IMG/VR virus record: IMGVR_UViG_3300047321_000238
Coordinates: 62,001-126,000 of that record
Strand: one strand, 5' to 3'
DNA: 64,000 bases
The notes below the pieces were generated by a model, which saw only the letters and a list, made by a program, of their open reading frames with translations, was not told the origin of the DNA and did no database searches. This document shows positions 28,605 to 38,971 of the stretch, piece after piece. Every line of letters begins with the position of its first letter. Position 1 is the first letter of the stretch. A program made the translations under genes and the position numbers.

Positions 28605-28946
28605 ATGGAATTATTAAAGTATATCAATAATCTAAATAACATTAGTAAACCTCGAACAGTTATAAAAATTAAAAGAGGAGTAATAAATAACTTACCTAAT
28701 AGATTAGAACCAAATGAAATATTTTATGTAACAGATGCCCATATATTAGGAGTAGCTGATAGCACAGGAAATCCTAATTTATTAGTAGCAGTCGAAGAAC
28801 TACCTTATATAGAAGATTTTCCTGTATATCCCGATAGAAATAAATTATACTATTCAATATTGAATGAGCAAGTATATTATTATGATTATCAGACTCAGAG
28901 ATATGAACCTGTTAGATTAAATACATTTAATTTAGATATTAGATAA
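28605..28946 (+). CDS. hypothetical protein with tag (MELLKYIN)
   Basis: Tag on an unrelated body, 11.5 kb from the array. Confidence 0.8.
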   Translation: MELLKYINNLNNISKPRTVIKIKRGVINNLPNRLEPNEIFYVTDAHILGVADSTGNPNLLVAVEELPYIEDFPVYPDRNKLYYSILNEQVYYYDYQTQRYEPVRLNTFNLDIR

Positions 28947-28957
28947 GGAGGAGTATT

Positions 28958-29167
28958 ATGGTAGAAAAGAAAATAGTTAATGTAAATTACTATAGAAGTT
29001 GGTTTGGTATAATTCATAAATGCACAATCATAGGACATGAAACCTTTTATCCTATAATATGTGATACGTATACAAGATATCTTATAAAAATAGAAAGTAA
29101 CGGCAAATTAAAATATGTTCATGAGAAAAGAATAGTCAGTGGAAAGGAAGAAGTTTATGATATCTAA
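28958..29167 (+). CDS. hypothetical protein
   Basis: AGGAGGAG SD. Confidence 0.7.
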   Translation: MVEKKIVNVNYYRSWFGIIHKCTIIGHETFYPIICDTYTRYLIKIESNGKLKYVHEKRIVSGKEEVYDI

Positions 29168-29472
29168 ATTGATATAGCAACTTCTCCAGTTCCTACTATT
29201 ACAATTGTATCACCAACATGAATAATCCCTAAATTTATAACTTCATCTTTATTATCAAATTTTTTTTGTACCCTTTCATTTCCATTAGAATCAAATATTG
29301 ATAAATACATAGTATTTGAAGACATTAGTTTGGCGGTAGCATTATATTCTTTTACAGCATCTATAGTATAGATGCCTTGTTTATATGTATTTGATATAAA
29401 AACTGCTTTTGCAGGACAAGCTAAAAAGAATACTGATAATGTAAGAATTATTAAAGGAATTTTAAATTTCAT
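29164..29472 (-). CDS. secreted Clostridium-type hypothetical protein (only credible minus-strand gene)
   Basis: GAGGTG SD 6 nt before ATG 29472; signal peptide; NTYKQGIY...IVGTGEV. Confidence 0.75.
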   Translation of the reverse strand: MKFKIPLIILTLSVFFLACPAKAVFISNTYKQGIYTIDAVKEYNATAKLMSSNTMYLSIFDSNGNERVQKKFDNKDEVINLGIIHVGDTIVIVGTGEVAISI

Positions 29473-29716
29473 AGTATGCACCTCATTTCATTATATTTTG
29501 TTTAATTTTAATAAGATGTATACATTTAAAATTATATGAGTTAAGGAGAAACAACTTATGAATAAATTTAAAGAAGGATCTATTAAAACATATGGGTGGG
29601 AATTATCTTACTCTAATGAACTAGGTAAGAATAAATTACCTAAAGACGAAAAGAAATATATTAGAAGATTATCAAGAAATAAATTGAAAAGAATTAAAAA
29701 TGAGGAGGAATAAATC

Positions 29717-30127
29717 ATGGCCATTAAAAAAGATTACTATTGTAAAGACTGCGGACATAACAATAATGGATGGTGTCCTAAGAAAAAGAAGAATGGATTA
29801 AAAGACATTACAGCAAAAGATTGTAATGAAAAGACATTAGAGAAGAACATAGACGGAATAGAAATAGAAATAGAAGTAGAAGACGACATATTAAGTAAAG
29901 CAAATAAAGAAATGGCTTGTACTAAACAATCTCTTTGTGATGACATAGACAAAGTAAACGATGTAGCTCAATCATTAAAAAATAAAGAGATGCTTGATTT
30001 CTTAAAAGAACATTTACGTTTAGACAGCGATACTAGATCAGGATTAATTCCAGGAAGTAAAATAGTAACGGTCACTTTAATGATTGACGATGAGCCAATC
30101 AGTGATATAGATTTTTTAACAAGATAA
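29717..30127 (+). CDS. hypothetical protein with N-terminal Cys cluster
   Basis: CKDC.H...WC...C. Confidence 0.75.
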   Translation: MAIKKDYYCKDCGHNNNGWCPKKKKNGLKDITAKDCNEKTLEKNIDGIEIEIEVEDDILSKANKEMACTKQSLCDDIDKVNDVAQSLKNKEMLDFLKEHLRLDSDTRSGLIPGSKIVTVTLMIDDEPISDIDFLTR

Positions 30128-30171
30128 TACGTAATATGTAGATATGGCGACTTAACTAAAAGGGGAATATC

Positions 30172-30429
30172 GTGATGAAAATTAACACAATAGCAGAGAT
30201 TGTCTTAAAATACAAAGAAAAGGAATATAAATTTAATTTTGATTTTGGGAGTTATATTCCAAGTGAAAATGCAGAATATTTGTTTGAAGATGGTAATTAT
30301 GCTTGTGATTGTAATAGGTCAATGTTTATAAAGAAATATTGTAATAAGGATTTTTTGGAATTACAATGCGGTGGAGATGAAATAGATTTAATAAGCTTCA
30401 CAATAATACAAGAGGGGCAAAAAGAATAA
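30172..30429 (+). CDS. hypothetical protein
   Basis: GNYACDCNRS motif. Confidence 0.7.
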   Translation: MMKINTIAEIVLKYKEKEYKFNFDFGSYIPSENAEYLFEDGNYACDCNRSMFIKKYCNKDFLELQCGGDEIDLISFTIIQEGQKE

Positions 30430-30479
30430 TGAGACGCAATACTAAAATATTACGCATAAAAAATAAGGAGGAAATTATT

Positions 30480-31157
30480 ATGAAAATTATCGCATTTATA
30501 GGGCCTACAGGCACAGGAAAGAGTTCTATACAAAAAGGAGTACAAGAATACTACAGAGATAGAGCAAGCTATACAAATGACAGCATGAATGACTACTTGC
30601 GAGTTAAAACAGTTGTTACAACTACAGACAGAGCAATAAGACATGGAGAAAAGAATGGAAAGGATTATCACTTCGTTATACCTGAAACATTTAAAACTGG
30701 AGTAGTCAATGACCACTTTATTGAAGTAAAGACAGTTAAAGATTATGAAGAGAAAGAAATTCATTATGGATTAAAAAAAGATGCTTTAGGTATCTTAAGT
30801 AATAATAATGACATATTATTGTTATCACTAGATATTGGTGGATTAATTAATCTACAACAGTATCTACAAGAACAAGAATTAGATTCAAATGAAATATTAT
30901 TCCCAATCTTCATTGAAACATCTGCTGAAAGAAGAATGAGAAGATGTATGATTAGAGCTACAGGAGATACTGGACAAGGGCCTCATATAAAATGTCCAGA
31001 TGAAACTGTATATAAGATTTGTGAAAGAATGATTCATGATGCAGAAGAAAACGAAGAAGCTAAAGATTATTGTATTTTAACAATTAAAAATGAAATGGAT
31101 TGTGATAAGCAAGAATGTGTTAGCTTTGTTATTAAGTTAATTCAAGGCATGCTTTAA
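30480..31157 (+). CDS. gmk: guanylate kinase-like protein
   Basis: GPTGTGKSS, TTTDRAIRHGEKNGKDYHFV; start re-assigned after AAGGAGG. Confidence 0.8.
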   Translation: MKIIAFIGPTGTGKSSIQKGVQEYYRDRASYTNDSMNDYLRVKTVVTTTDRAIRHGEKNGKDYHFVIPETFKTGVVNDHFIEVKTVKDYEEKEIHYGLKKDALGILSNNNDILLLSLDIGGLINLQQYLQEQELDSNEILFPIFIETSAERRMRRCMIRATGDTGQGPHIKCPDETVYKICERMIHDAEENEEAKDYCILTIKNEMDCDKQECVSFVIKLIQGML

Positions 31158-31173
31158 TTAGGAGGTGCAAACC

Positions 31174-31377
31174 ATGAAAAAAATAACAGAAGAACAGTTA
31201 ACAGAAATATCAGCACAAATATGCGACATATTTGAAGATGTTCTTGAAGAAAATGATGTTACTATTCCAGATGATGAAAGAGATGATAATCAAGAAGATC
31301 AAGCAAGATTATTTGGAGCTACTTATTATGAAGTAGAAGACAAAGTAAAAGAAATATTAAGAAAATTAGGGGAGTAA
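31174..31377 (+). CDS. acidic hypothetical protein
   Basis: AGGAGGTG SD. Confidence 0.7.
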   Translation: MKKITEEQLTEISAQICDIFEDVLEENDVTIPDDERDDNQEDQARLFGATYYEVEDKVKEILRKLGE

Positions 31378-31380
31378 ACT

Positions 31381-32022
31381 ATGAAAAAATTTAAAAGTTC
31401 ACTACTTATAGCTATAGTATTATGTTTTTTAATGTCAATGCCAGCGATTAGTGCACAAGCAGTAGGCACTTCGGTAGGAAGTAGTAGCAAGACTACAACA
31501 ACTACTAAGACACCTACAACAACGACTAAGACGCCACAAACAAGTACAAACAGTACAGGATTTAAAAGTGGTAGTTATTCAGGTACAGGTAGTCAGACTC
31601 AAACAAGTAAAACTGCTCCTGCACCAACTACACCTAAAACACAAACAGGTAGTACAGGAAGTACATCTACTAAAACACAAACAAGTGGAACTAGTGGTAC
31701 TCAAACAGGAAGTGTTAGTAAGAAGTCAATAGACACTAGCAGTCCTGCTTTAAAGAGTATTCCTTCAGATTATAGTGGTCATTCTACAAGCAACAATTAT
31801 TATTATCATGATAGCAGTAGTGGCTTTTATAATGCAATGAGTAGCTATTATTTCTGGAGAGCATTACATCCACAAGATAGAGTATATTATGTAGATGGAC
31901 ATGAGCAAATTGCACCAGCTAGCACTGGAGTAAGATCTATGTTTGCTGATATCTTTACGCTTATATTTTTAATAGCTTTAGGTTATGGAATATATTATTT
32001 TGGATTTAAAAAAAGGAGGTAA
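31381..32022 (+). CDS. secreted/membrane protein with Thr/Ser/Gly low-complexity region
   Basis: Signal peptide, TTTKTP/TQTSG repeats, C-terminal TM followed by KKRR. Confidence 0.8.
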   Translation: MKKFKSSLLIAIVLCFLMSMPAISAQAVGTSVGSSSKTTTTTKTPTTTTKTPQTSTNSTGFKSGSYSGTGSQTQTSKTAPAPTTPKTQTGSTGSTSTKTQTSGTSGTQTGSVSKKSIDTSSPALKSIPSDYSGHSTSNNYYYHDSSSGFYNAMSSYYFWRALHPQDRVYYVDGHEQIAPASTGVRSMFADIFTLIFLIALGYGIYYFGFKKRR

Positions 32023-32185
32023 TTATGAAAAGATTAATTGATTTTTTTGTTGGAGCAGGTATCCTGTTTATGATTAGTTATTCTGCATTTGAATGGAAGA
32101 GTCCAATATTAGTAATGGCTTTCTCATTAATCTTTGGAGTAAGAGGTTATTGGGAAGGATATTCAAAAGGAATGAATAATAGAAA

Positions 32186-32608
32186 ATGAATTTAGAATGT
32201 AGTTCTAAGGGTGATACTGATTATTCCGCTCTATTTGCAAAAGTAGACGGGGTATCCATTGAACATAGATATCAGTTATCTAAACGATTTCTATTTAATC
32301 AATGCATAGTTCACCCTGAGACATATAAACAAGCAAAGTATTGGCAAAGAAGAAATGAGTACTTCTTATTAGATTTTGTAGTAGACTCACATATATACTC
32401 ATTAGAATACCTTAGTATGTTTTATAACAGTCTATGGTATAAATACTTAATCAAGAATTCTAAGCTTATAAAGAACTTAGAGAAGTATGACACATTCACT
32501 GACTGCTTTAAAAACAGTAACACAATCAATAGTCAATGTGATATAATTGCTTTAGTAGCAAACAAAGGCATTGATGAATTAAAAAGACAAAGTGGAATAT
32601 TTATATAA
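32186..32608 (+). CDS. hypothetical phage protein
   Basis: LECSSKGD motif. Confidence 0.7.
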   Translation: MNLECSSKGDTDYSALFAKVDGVSIEHRYQLSKRFLFNQCIVHPETYKQAKYWQRRNEYFLLDFVVDSHIYSLEYLSMFYNSLWYKYLIKNSKLIKNLEKYDTFTDCFKNSNTINSQCDIIALVANKGIDELKRQSGIFI

Positions 32609-32619
32609 GGAGGAATCAC

Positions 32620-33081
32620 ATGGTAAAACAAGTTGAATCTAAATCAATGATTGATGCAATAGCAGCTGTTAAAGATGATGAAATAACTTTTGCTAAATTG
32701 AATAACTTCATAATTAAAAAGAATTCAAGTGGCGAAGTTAGAATATATCATGGAAAGCCAGCTCCAGTATCATTTCCTGTAGATCATGACTTTGCATGTT
32801 TTATTGAAACATTTGAAAAGAGTGATTTAAAAACAGGAATGATTGTTAGAACTAGAGATGGTTACAAATATATAGTTATAGATAATCGTTTAATGCATGA
32901 TACTGAAAATTTAGACTTAAGATATTATAAAGATGATTTAACTCATTCAGATATCAATAATAAAAAGATGGATATTATTAAAATATATAAATCAAAGCCA
33001 GACGAAGTGGAAGGTTTGGATGATTATTTTGATACTAAAAATCTTAATATTATAGCTTCAATAAATGTAATTAAAGACTAA
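32620..33081 (+). CDS. hypothetical phage protein
   Basis: AGGAGG SD; DLKTGMIV.TRDG motif. Confidence 0.75.
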   Translation: MVKQVESKSMIDAIAAVKDDEITFAKLNNFIIKKNSSGEVRIYHGKPAPVSFPVDHDFACFIETFEKSDLKTGMIVRTRDGYKYIVIDNRLMHDTENLDLRYYKDDLTHSDINNKKMDIIKIYKSKPDEVEGLDDYFDTKNLNIIASINVIKD

Positions 33082-33090
33082 ACACTAAAG

Positions 33091-34083
33091 GTGGGAAGAG
33101 AGATGAACTTAAAAAATATACTGGATAAGTATACGAAAGCAAGCTTAGTTGAGGCTTTTTTACACTTGTATCCACATCAGAAAACTTCAATATCTGGTTA
33201 CGAATATATAATAGATGAATTAAAAGATAAAGTTCAAGAAGAAACTGATACTATACTTCATATAGATATGTATATGAAAGATGGTAAAGATTCTTATGAA
33301 GTTTATGGACTTAACCAGAATAAAAGAATAGATCTTTCTTTTATGCCATGGAATAAATGGGTAACCATGGAGATAGATCCCGAAATACTTGAATATATAG
33401 ATGAGAAGGTTATATTTGGACATGCTCTATATGAAATATCATTTAATAGTTGCACCGAAGATATGGTACATGGATTAGGAATAGATATATCAGATGTAAT
33501 TGAAACTTTATTATCTAATCCTAACACTAAAGTTACTGCAGTTTCTTCTATGGAAGACTTATTTAAAGAAATGGATAAGTGGAAAGAAGAGTTAATGAAT
33601 AGCTTTACAATAGAAGAGCTAGGAACTTTTGAACTTCAATCTGATGAATTAGTATTAAGTGATGCAAATTGTTTTGATGATAAAATAATATTAGGCAATA
33701 TGAAACAAGGGACCTGGCATGCTTCTGTAGTTAATTGTAGTGCAAGTGATGAAATAGAAAATGATTATATTGAATTGGCAATTAAACATGAAGATATAAA
33801 AGATGTTGATATCTATGATTTATATTATACTGGACCTGTAGATCTGCATGAAGATAAATTAATTACAGACAATAAAAAAATTGTAGTTATGGATGCAAGC
33901 AAGTTGGATGAGAATAAAACGTTTAACATAGAAGACTTTGAGCCTTGTATATTAGAAAGTGGAGTTCTAGCAATTGCTGGCGTAGAGGAAGGGCCTTATG
34001 AAATCTATTTATTTAAAGATGAAGAAGGTAAAATAGTAGGCTTAAGAATAGCATTCATGCAAGAAGAAGATGATGAATATTAG
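33091..34083 (+). CDS. acidic two-domain hypothetical protein
   Basis: Long ORF; alternative start 33103. Confidence 0.8.
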   Translation: MGREMNLKNILDKYTKASLVEAFLHLYPHQKTSISGYEYIIDELKDKVQEETDTILHIDMYMKDGKDSYEVYGLNQNKRIDLSFMPWNKWVTMEIDPEILEYIDEKVIFGHALYEISFNSCTEDMVHGLGIDISDVIETLLSNPNTKVTAVSSMEDLFKEMDKWKEELMNSFTIEELGTFELQSDELVLSDANCFDDKIILGNMKQGTWHASVVNCSASDEIENDYIELAIKHEDIKDVDIYDLYYTGPVDLHEDKLITDNKKIVVMDASKLDENKTFNIEDFEPCILESGVLAIAGVEEGPYEIYLFKDEEGKIVGLRIAFMQEEDDEY

Positions 34084-34845
34084 AAATAATATAGCTTTGA
34101 GAATTTATTTTTCAAGGCTTCATTTTTGTATGGACAAGTACTAAATATTATTGTAAAATGTAAACAAGCATTAAATTTATACTGCATTGAGAAGTGCTCA
34201 ATATGGAGCATTGTTGTACAGGTACGAAGTGAGAAGAGAAGAATATACAGCAGTATTAAGATTAGTGCTTTTTTGACCAAAAAATTAAATATATTAATAT
34301 AAGAGTTGACATGGACAATCTCTATAAAATAACCTGTCGTAAAAGGCGTACCTCCCCACGTATTGAAAAAAGTATACAAAGGGCTAGGGATTATTCTATA
34401 CTTTTTGACTATATCCAAGAAGTATAAACCCCTCGTGTGAATAGTAGGGTGAGACTCCCAGACGAGGTTAAATAATAATATTAGGCGATAAGAACTGACG
34501 AACTTATCAATTGGATGTCCTAGTGATTGATTTCACGGCATTGTTATAGTAATACATTTATGTAGTTGTTTTAGGGTTAGGAATGGAACAATTAAAGCTA
34601 TAATGCTGATATAGATATGAAGACACAATTCAGAATATACTTAGCGTATATTTCATATGAAAACCTTTTTTGCTGATTATGCATTAAGGGTTTTTATATT
34701 CATCTGTGTCCACAGGAATTCCTTAGCATATATTCTGAAGAGCAACACGCAAGCAATATGACTTATAAATTTAGATATAAGCTATTAAATAAACGTTTAA
34801 TGGTTGATATGTAAATTTTATATTTTATAAGGGAGGATTATTAAG

Positions 34846-35124
34846 ATGAGTAATAATAACAGTAGTAGTTCCAGTTCTTCTGGACTAGGTTTCTTAGGAG
34901 CGTTAACATTACTATTCGTAGGGCTAAAGCTAACACACTTCATTGATTGGAGCTGGTGGTGGATAACTGTACCTATATGGGGACCAGTATTAGCAGTTAT
35001 AGCTTTCCTAGTTATAACATTCGTTTGTGCAATTCTTAAGAGCATGTATGATGATCATCGTCATGAAAAAAGAATGAAGATACTAAAAGAACAAATGGAA
35101 AAGTTAAAAGAAAAGACAAGATAG
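34846..35124 (+). CDS. phage membrane protein
   Basis: Poly-Ser, GLKLTHFIDWSWWW. Confidence 0.75.
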   Translation: MSNNNSSSSSSSGLGFLGALTLLFVGLKLTHFIDWSWWWITVPIWGPVLAVIAFLVITFVCAILKSMYDDHRHEKRMKILKEQMEKLKEKTR

Positions 35125-35316
35125 GGGAAACATACGAATGACAAATTACAGAGTAATGAAAGTAAAAGTAAAATGTTCTTGTTGTGAAACACCAACGATA
35201 TTATATCATTATTTAGATAAAGTAAGAAAGAAAGAACCATTAAAGCCTATGTACTGTTTTGTATGTAGAAAAAAGAAAGTATATATTTACTAAAACATAA
35301 TAAGGAGGAATATGGC

Positions 35317-35817
35317 ATGAGAACATATGATAGATTTATAAAGGACGAGAAAGATATACACGTACAATGTTATGATGATTTCGGAGGTTCCATGTCATCA
35401 TTCAAAATAGGAGAAAAAGTACCACAAGCTAAAATGAATAATGACTTTCAAATTTCAGCAACTTACGGTGAACATTATAATATATTTGACTACATGACAT
35501 CAGATACCATAATCTTAATTAGATATGGTATTTTTGTTGGCCTAAAATCGACTAAAACCATTGTAGAAACTGAAGTTAAAGATATTTTATGTATTGATAA
35601 ATATGGTAGTGAATTAGAATTAAATACCCAATCCGAGTATATTGAATTTAGAAATGAACAAAATTTAGAGCAACATATAAGAGTAGACTTTTATAAAAGA
35701 ATATGTGATAATTTTGATTCATCTGTAGACAAACCAAATACAAAACTTAATCGCCAAGGCATCTTAGATAGTATCGTAGCTAAACTTAGTGGTTTTAAGC
35801 ATGGGAGGACTAAATAG
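35317..35817 (+). CDS. hypothetical protein
   Basis: AAGGAGG SD. Confidence 0.75.
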   Translation: MRTYDRFIKDEKDIHVQCYDDFGGSMSSFKIGEKVPQAKMNNDFQISATYGEHYNIFDYMTSDTIILIRYGIFVGLKSTKTIVETEVKDILCIDKYGSELELNTQSEYIEFRNEQNLEQHIRVDFYKRICDNFDSSVDKPNTKLNRQGILDSIVAKLSGFKHGRTK

Positions 35818-35826
35818 TAAAAGAAG

Positions 35827-36054
35827 GTGATAATAATGGAAGAATTCAAACAAGAATTAAAAAATGCTTTAAAAATTAATAGTTCAGACAGTGTAGATGT
35901 TATAATAGATACTGAAAAGAAAACTGTATATGGAAGTTTTCATAGCAGGCATGATTCACATCCAGTTACAGAAACTTATACATTAACTGAAGAAGAATTA
36001 GAAGAATTAATTAGTTATTGCGAAACAAATGACATATGCTATTGTGAAGATTAA
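35827..36054 (+). CDS. hypothetical protein
   Basis: AAGGTG SD. Confidence 0.7.
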   Translation: MIIMEEFKQELKNALKINSSDSVDVIIDTEKKTVYGSFHSRHDSHPVTETYTLTEEELEELISYCETNDICYCED

Positions 36055-36079
36055 ATAAATAAATAAATAAATAAATAAA
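36052..36079 (+). repeat. (TAAA)7 simple sequence repeat
   Basis: Seven perfect copies directly before the NAMPT SD. Confidence 0.9.
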
Positions 36080-36093
36080 AAGGTGGAGATATT

Positions 36094-37524
36094 ATGTTAA
36101 AAGATATTAGAAAAAATCCAATTAAGTTAACTGATTGCTATAACTTATCACATGAGGAATTAAAATGTAATACAGACTTTGAAGTTTCTCATATGTATAA
36201 TAGAGCAGACGGAATGTTATTATATGGCTTTAAAGAAATTGCATTAGGTATTCTTAGTATAAAGATTACAGAAGAAATGGTTGAAGATGCAGCAGTTGAT
36301 GCTGAAGAATTAAACTTAACTTTCCCTAAAGATTTATGGATGAGAGTAGTTACAGAATGTAGAGGATATGTTCCATTAGAAGTTCAATCAGTTCCAGAAG
36401 GAACATGGTGCCCTAAAGGAACTCCATTTGCTCAAGTAAGAAATACCGTAGAAGGTTTCGGAGAAATGGTTACATGGTTTGAAGGCGTGTTTATGATGGC
36501 GTATTTCCCATCTACATGTGCAACTAGAGCATTTGAAATGAGAAACTATTTAGAAGAAAAGAAAGAACAATACGGATACGATGATAGCTTTCTATGGAGA
36601 TTTCATAGTTTTGGATTCAGAGGACATAAAAGCTTGGAAGATGCGTACTTCGCAGGAACTGCATGGTCAACATTCTTATTAGGAACAGATGATTTCCATA
36701 TAAGACAACACATGTCAGAAGATACTGTTATGGGAAGTATTGCAGCGTTAGCTCATAAAGTTACGCAACAATATGATAATGAATATGATTGTTTCATTCG
36801 TTCAATAGATTATGCAGCTGCAAGCGGTAAGAATATCGTAGCTTTAGTTATAGATACTTACAATGCATATAGAGTTATTCAAGAATATGTGTTAAAATTA
36901 GCTGAGTATGCTAAAGGAAAAGGAGTTCATATTGTATTTAGACCAGATAGTGGAGACATTTTTGGACAAGCAATGGCTATATATACAAGAGTTTCAACTG
37001 CAGGTTATAAAAATGTAAGTGTAATAATTGGAGAAGGTATGAGTTTTAATAATGCTAAATCAATGGATAAAAAATTTGAGTTAATGGGAGTGCCATTAAC
37101 ATTTATTGCTTATGGTATAGGAGCAGGATTCTATAAAGATATAGAAAGAGATACTTTAGGATGGGCAATGAAGACTGGTTATTCTAATGGAGCTCCAAGA
37201 ATGAAAGTAGTTAAGTCGGATCCATTTAAGCAATCAATACCTGGGATTGTAGATTTAATGTACGATGAAGATGATTTAATGACAGTATATATAGAAAAAG
37301 AAGATAATGCTGCTGATTCAATATATGAATGTATATATAGATATGATCTTGATCAAAATACAACACCTTCTATGAAAGACTTATCTTATATTCCTGCACA
37401 AGCTATTAAGGATAGAGCATACAATACTACAGGATATAGAGTTGGAGAAAAAATACAAGAAAGAATAATCATATCTAATGAAATTAAAGAACTTATAAAT
37501 GTAATAACAAAAAAATATGAATAA
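36094..37524 (+). CDS. nadV: nicotinamide phosphoribosyltransferase (NAMPT/NadV)
   Basis: TDCYNLSH, FHSFGFRG, GTD, AHKV, VIDTY, RPDSG, GEG, GIGAG. Confidence 0.85.
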   Translation: MLKDIRKNPIKLTDCYNLSHEELKCNTDFEVSHMYNRADGMLLYGFKEIALGILSIKITEEMVEDAAVDAEELNLTFPKDLWMRVVTECRGYVPLEVQSVPEGTWCPKGTPFAQVRNTVEGFGEMVTWFEGVFMMAYFPSTCATRAFEMRNYLEEKKEQYGYDDSFLWRFHSFGFRGHKSLEDAYFAGTAWSTFLLGTDDFHIRQHMSEDTVMGSIAALAHKVTQQYDNEYDCFIRSIDYAAASGKNIVALVIDTYNAYRVIQEYVLKLAEYAKGKGVHIVFRPDSGDIFGQAMAIYTRVSTAGYKNVSVIIGEGMSFNNAKSMDKKFELMGVPLTFIAYGIGAGFYKDIERDTLGWAMKTGYSNGAPRMKVVKSDPFKQSIPGIVDLMYDEDDLMTVYIEKEDNAADSIYECIYRYDLDQNTTPSMKDLSYIPAQAIKDRAYNTTGYRVGEKIQERIIISNEIKELINVITKKYE

Positions 37525-38245
37525 AACAGGAGATAAAACAATGGACATATATTTAATCTGTGAAAATAACAAAGACGTTGAAGATTACTTAACGGTTGGT
37601 AAAGAATATAAAGTAATAAGCATGTTTCCTAAAACTGGACTAATTCTAGTAAAAAGCGATACAGGATTAGTTGAACATGTAAAAGAAAGTAGATTCAAAG
37701 TAAGAAAGGATGATAGTATGAAAACATGTTATAAACCATTTATTATCGAGATAAACGTAGAAGGTAAAGAAGCTTCAGGACATATATCATATGTAGATGA
37801 AAATTTACCAACAATGGATTCAATGAATGAATTCTTAAATATACCATCACCATTTGGAATAGATTTAAAATTAACAAAAACAGGTAGAGGTACTAGAGTA
37901 TTCTTCTTTGATAAAGATGGATCAGATAAAGCTTTAGCTAACAATATGGAAGCTTTAGAGTTTGCTTATTTAATTAAGAAGACAATAGTATTGTATAATA
38001 TATTGCTACAAAACAAAGAATATGTAGTAAAGACAGTTTATGATGTACAATTTCAACCTGAAGGAAAACTATATACATTCAGAAGTACTGATAGCCCAAT
38101 AATTGGACAACTTGTAGTATGCAATAGTTGTAATGGTAAAGATTATGGTATGGTAGTAGCAATTAAAGAAGAATCAGAACATGAATATAATTCAAGAGCA
38201 TATTGTACAACATCTAATATTCTGTCACGAAGAGCACCATTTTAA
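37517..38245 (+). CDS. multi-domain hypothetical protein
   Basis: Coupled to NAMPT. Confidence 0.75.
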   Translation: MNKTGDKTMDIYLICENNKDVEDYLTVGKEYKVISMFPKTGLILVKSDTGLVEHVKESRFKVRKDDSMKTCYKPFIIEINVEGKEASGHISYVDENLPTMDSMNEFLNIPSPFGIDLKLTKTGRGTRVFFFDKDGSDKALANNMEALEFAYLIKKTIVLYNILLQNKEYVVKTVYDVQFQPEGKLYTFRSTDSPIIGQLVVCNSCNGKDYGMVVAIKEESEHEYNSRAYCTTSNILSRRAPF

Positions 38246-38257
38246 TTTAAATAGAAT

Positions 38258-38287
38258 AGCTGGAGACTTAAAACCTCTGGCTTTTTT
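38258..38287 (+). terminator. Rho-independent terminator
   Basis: AGCTGGAG/CTCTGGCT followed by T run. Confidence 0.65.
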
Positions 38288-38321
38288 ATAAAATAAATAG
38301 ATGAATAGGAGTGAATGTAAA

Positions 38322-38624
38322 ATGAATAAAAAGAAAAAATTTAGAGAAAACATAATAGTAAGAGCACAGGATTGTGGCAAACATATAACAGAGACAGGCG
38401 ATACTTTAAGAACAACAGCGAAATTATTTGGTTGTTCAAAATCAACAGTACACAAAGACATAAATGATAGATTATTATTCATCAATAAAAGATTGTATAA
38501 TAAAGCTAGAAAGGTACTAGAAAAGAATTTAGCTGAGAGAAATTTAAGAGGAGGATTAGCTACTAAGAATAAATATGCTAATTCAGGCAAAGACAATAAC
38601 ATATTAGATAAAAGCAAAAGCTAA
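38322..38624 (+). CDS. spoIIID: SpoIIID-like sporulation transcription regulator
   Basis: TLRTTAKLFGCSKSTVHKDI.DRL...L.KN..ER..RGG.AT..KY. Confidence 0.9.
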   Translation: MNKKKKFRENIIVRAQDCGKHITETGDTLRTTAKLFGCSKSTVHKDINDRLLFINKRLYNKARKVLEKNLAERNLRGGLATKNKYANSGKDNNILDKSKS

Positions 38625-38950
38625 TGGAACTATTGGCATACGTAAGGAAAATTTGGTTAAGAAAACATTCTAAAGGAAAGTGGGAGACTAAAGATGGATC
38701 AGAACAGTATGTTGAAGAACTTACTGATGACCATCTAATGAGGATCCCACATTTCATTTGGAAACAATATCGTAGCTATTCAAAAACAATGATTTCAGAT
38801 GTGATCAAAGAAGAAATAGAAGAAAGAAATATGTATATTGACTATGATAACGAATGTAAAGTAAGACGTAATCATCCAGCTCTTAAAGCAATTTCCTCTA
38901 AATCTAATGTCGCTAAAAAGAAAACACATAATAAAATATTTTATAAATAA
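38624..38950 (+). CDS. hypothetical protein with tag-like start (MELLAYVR)
   Basis: TAATG overlap with spoIIID. Confidence 0.75.
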   Translation: MELLAYVRKIWLRKHSKGKWETKDGSEQYVEELTDDHLMRIPHFIWKQYRSYSKTMISDVIKEEIEERNMYIDYDNECKVRRNHPALKAISSKSNVAKKKTHNKIFYK

Positions 38951-38971
38951 GAAATTAAATGAGGAAGCAAT

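Noticed and set aside
34080-34418. 112-aa minus-strand ORF in the intergenic island
   Set aside because: No convincing SD or motif; not supported, though not strictly excluded
34436-34467. Group II intron 5' end (GTGTG...AGGGTGAGACTCCC)
   Set aside because: Spacing does not fit, and no domain V or RT ORF is nearby
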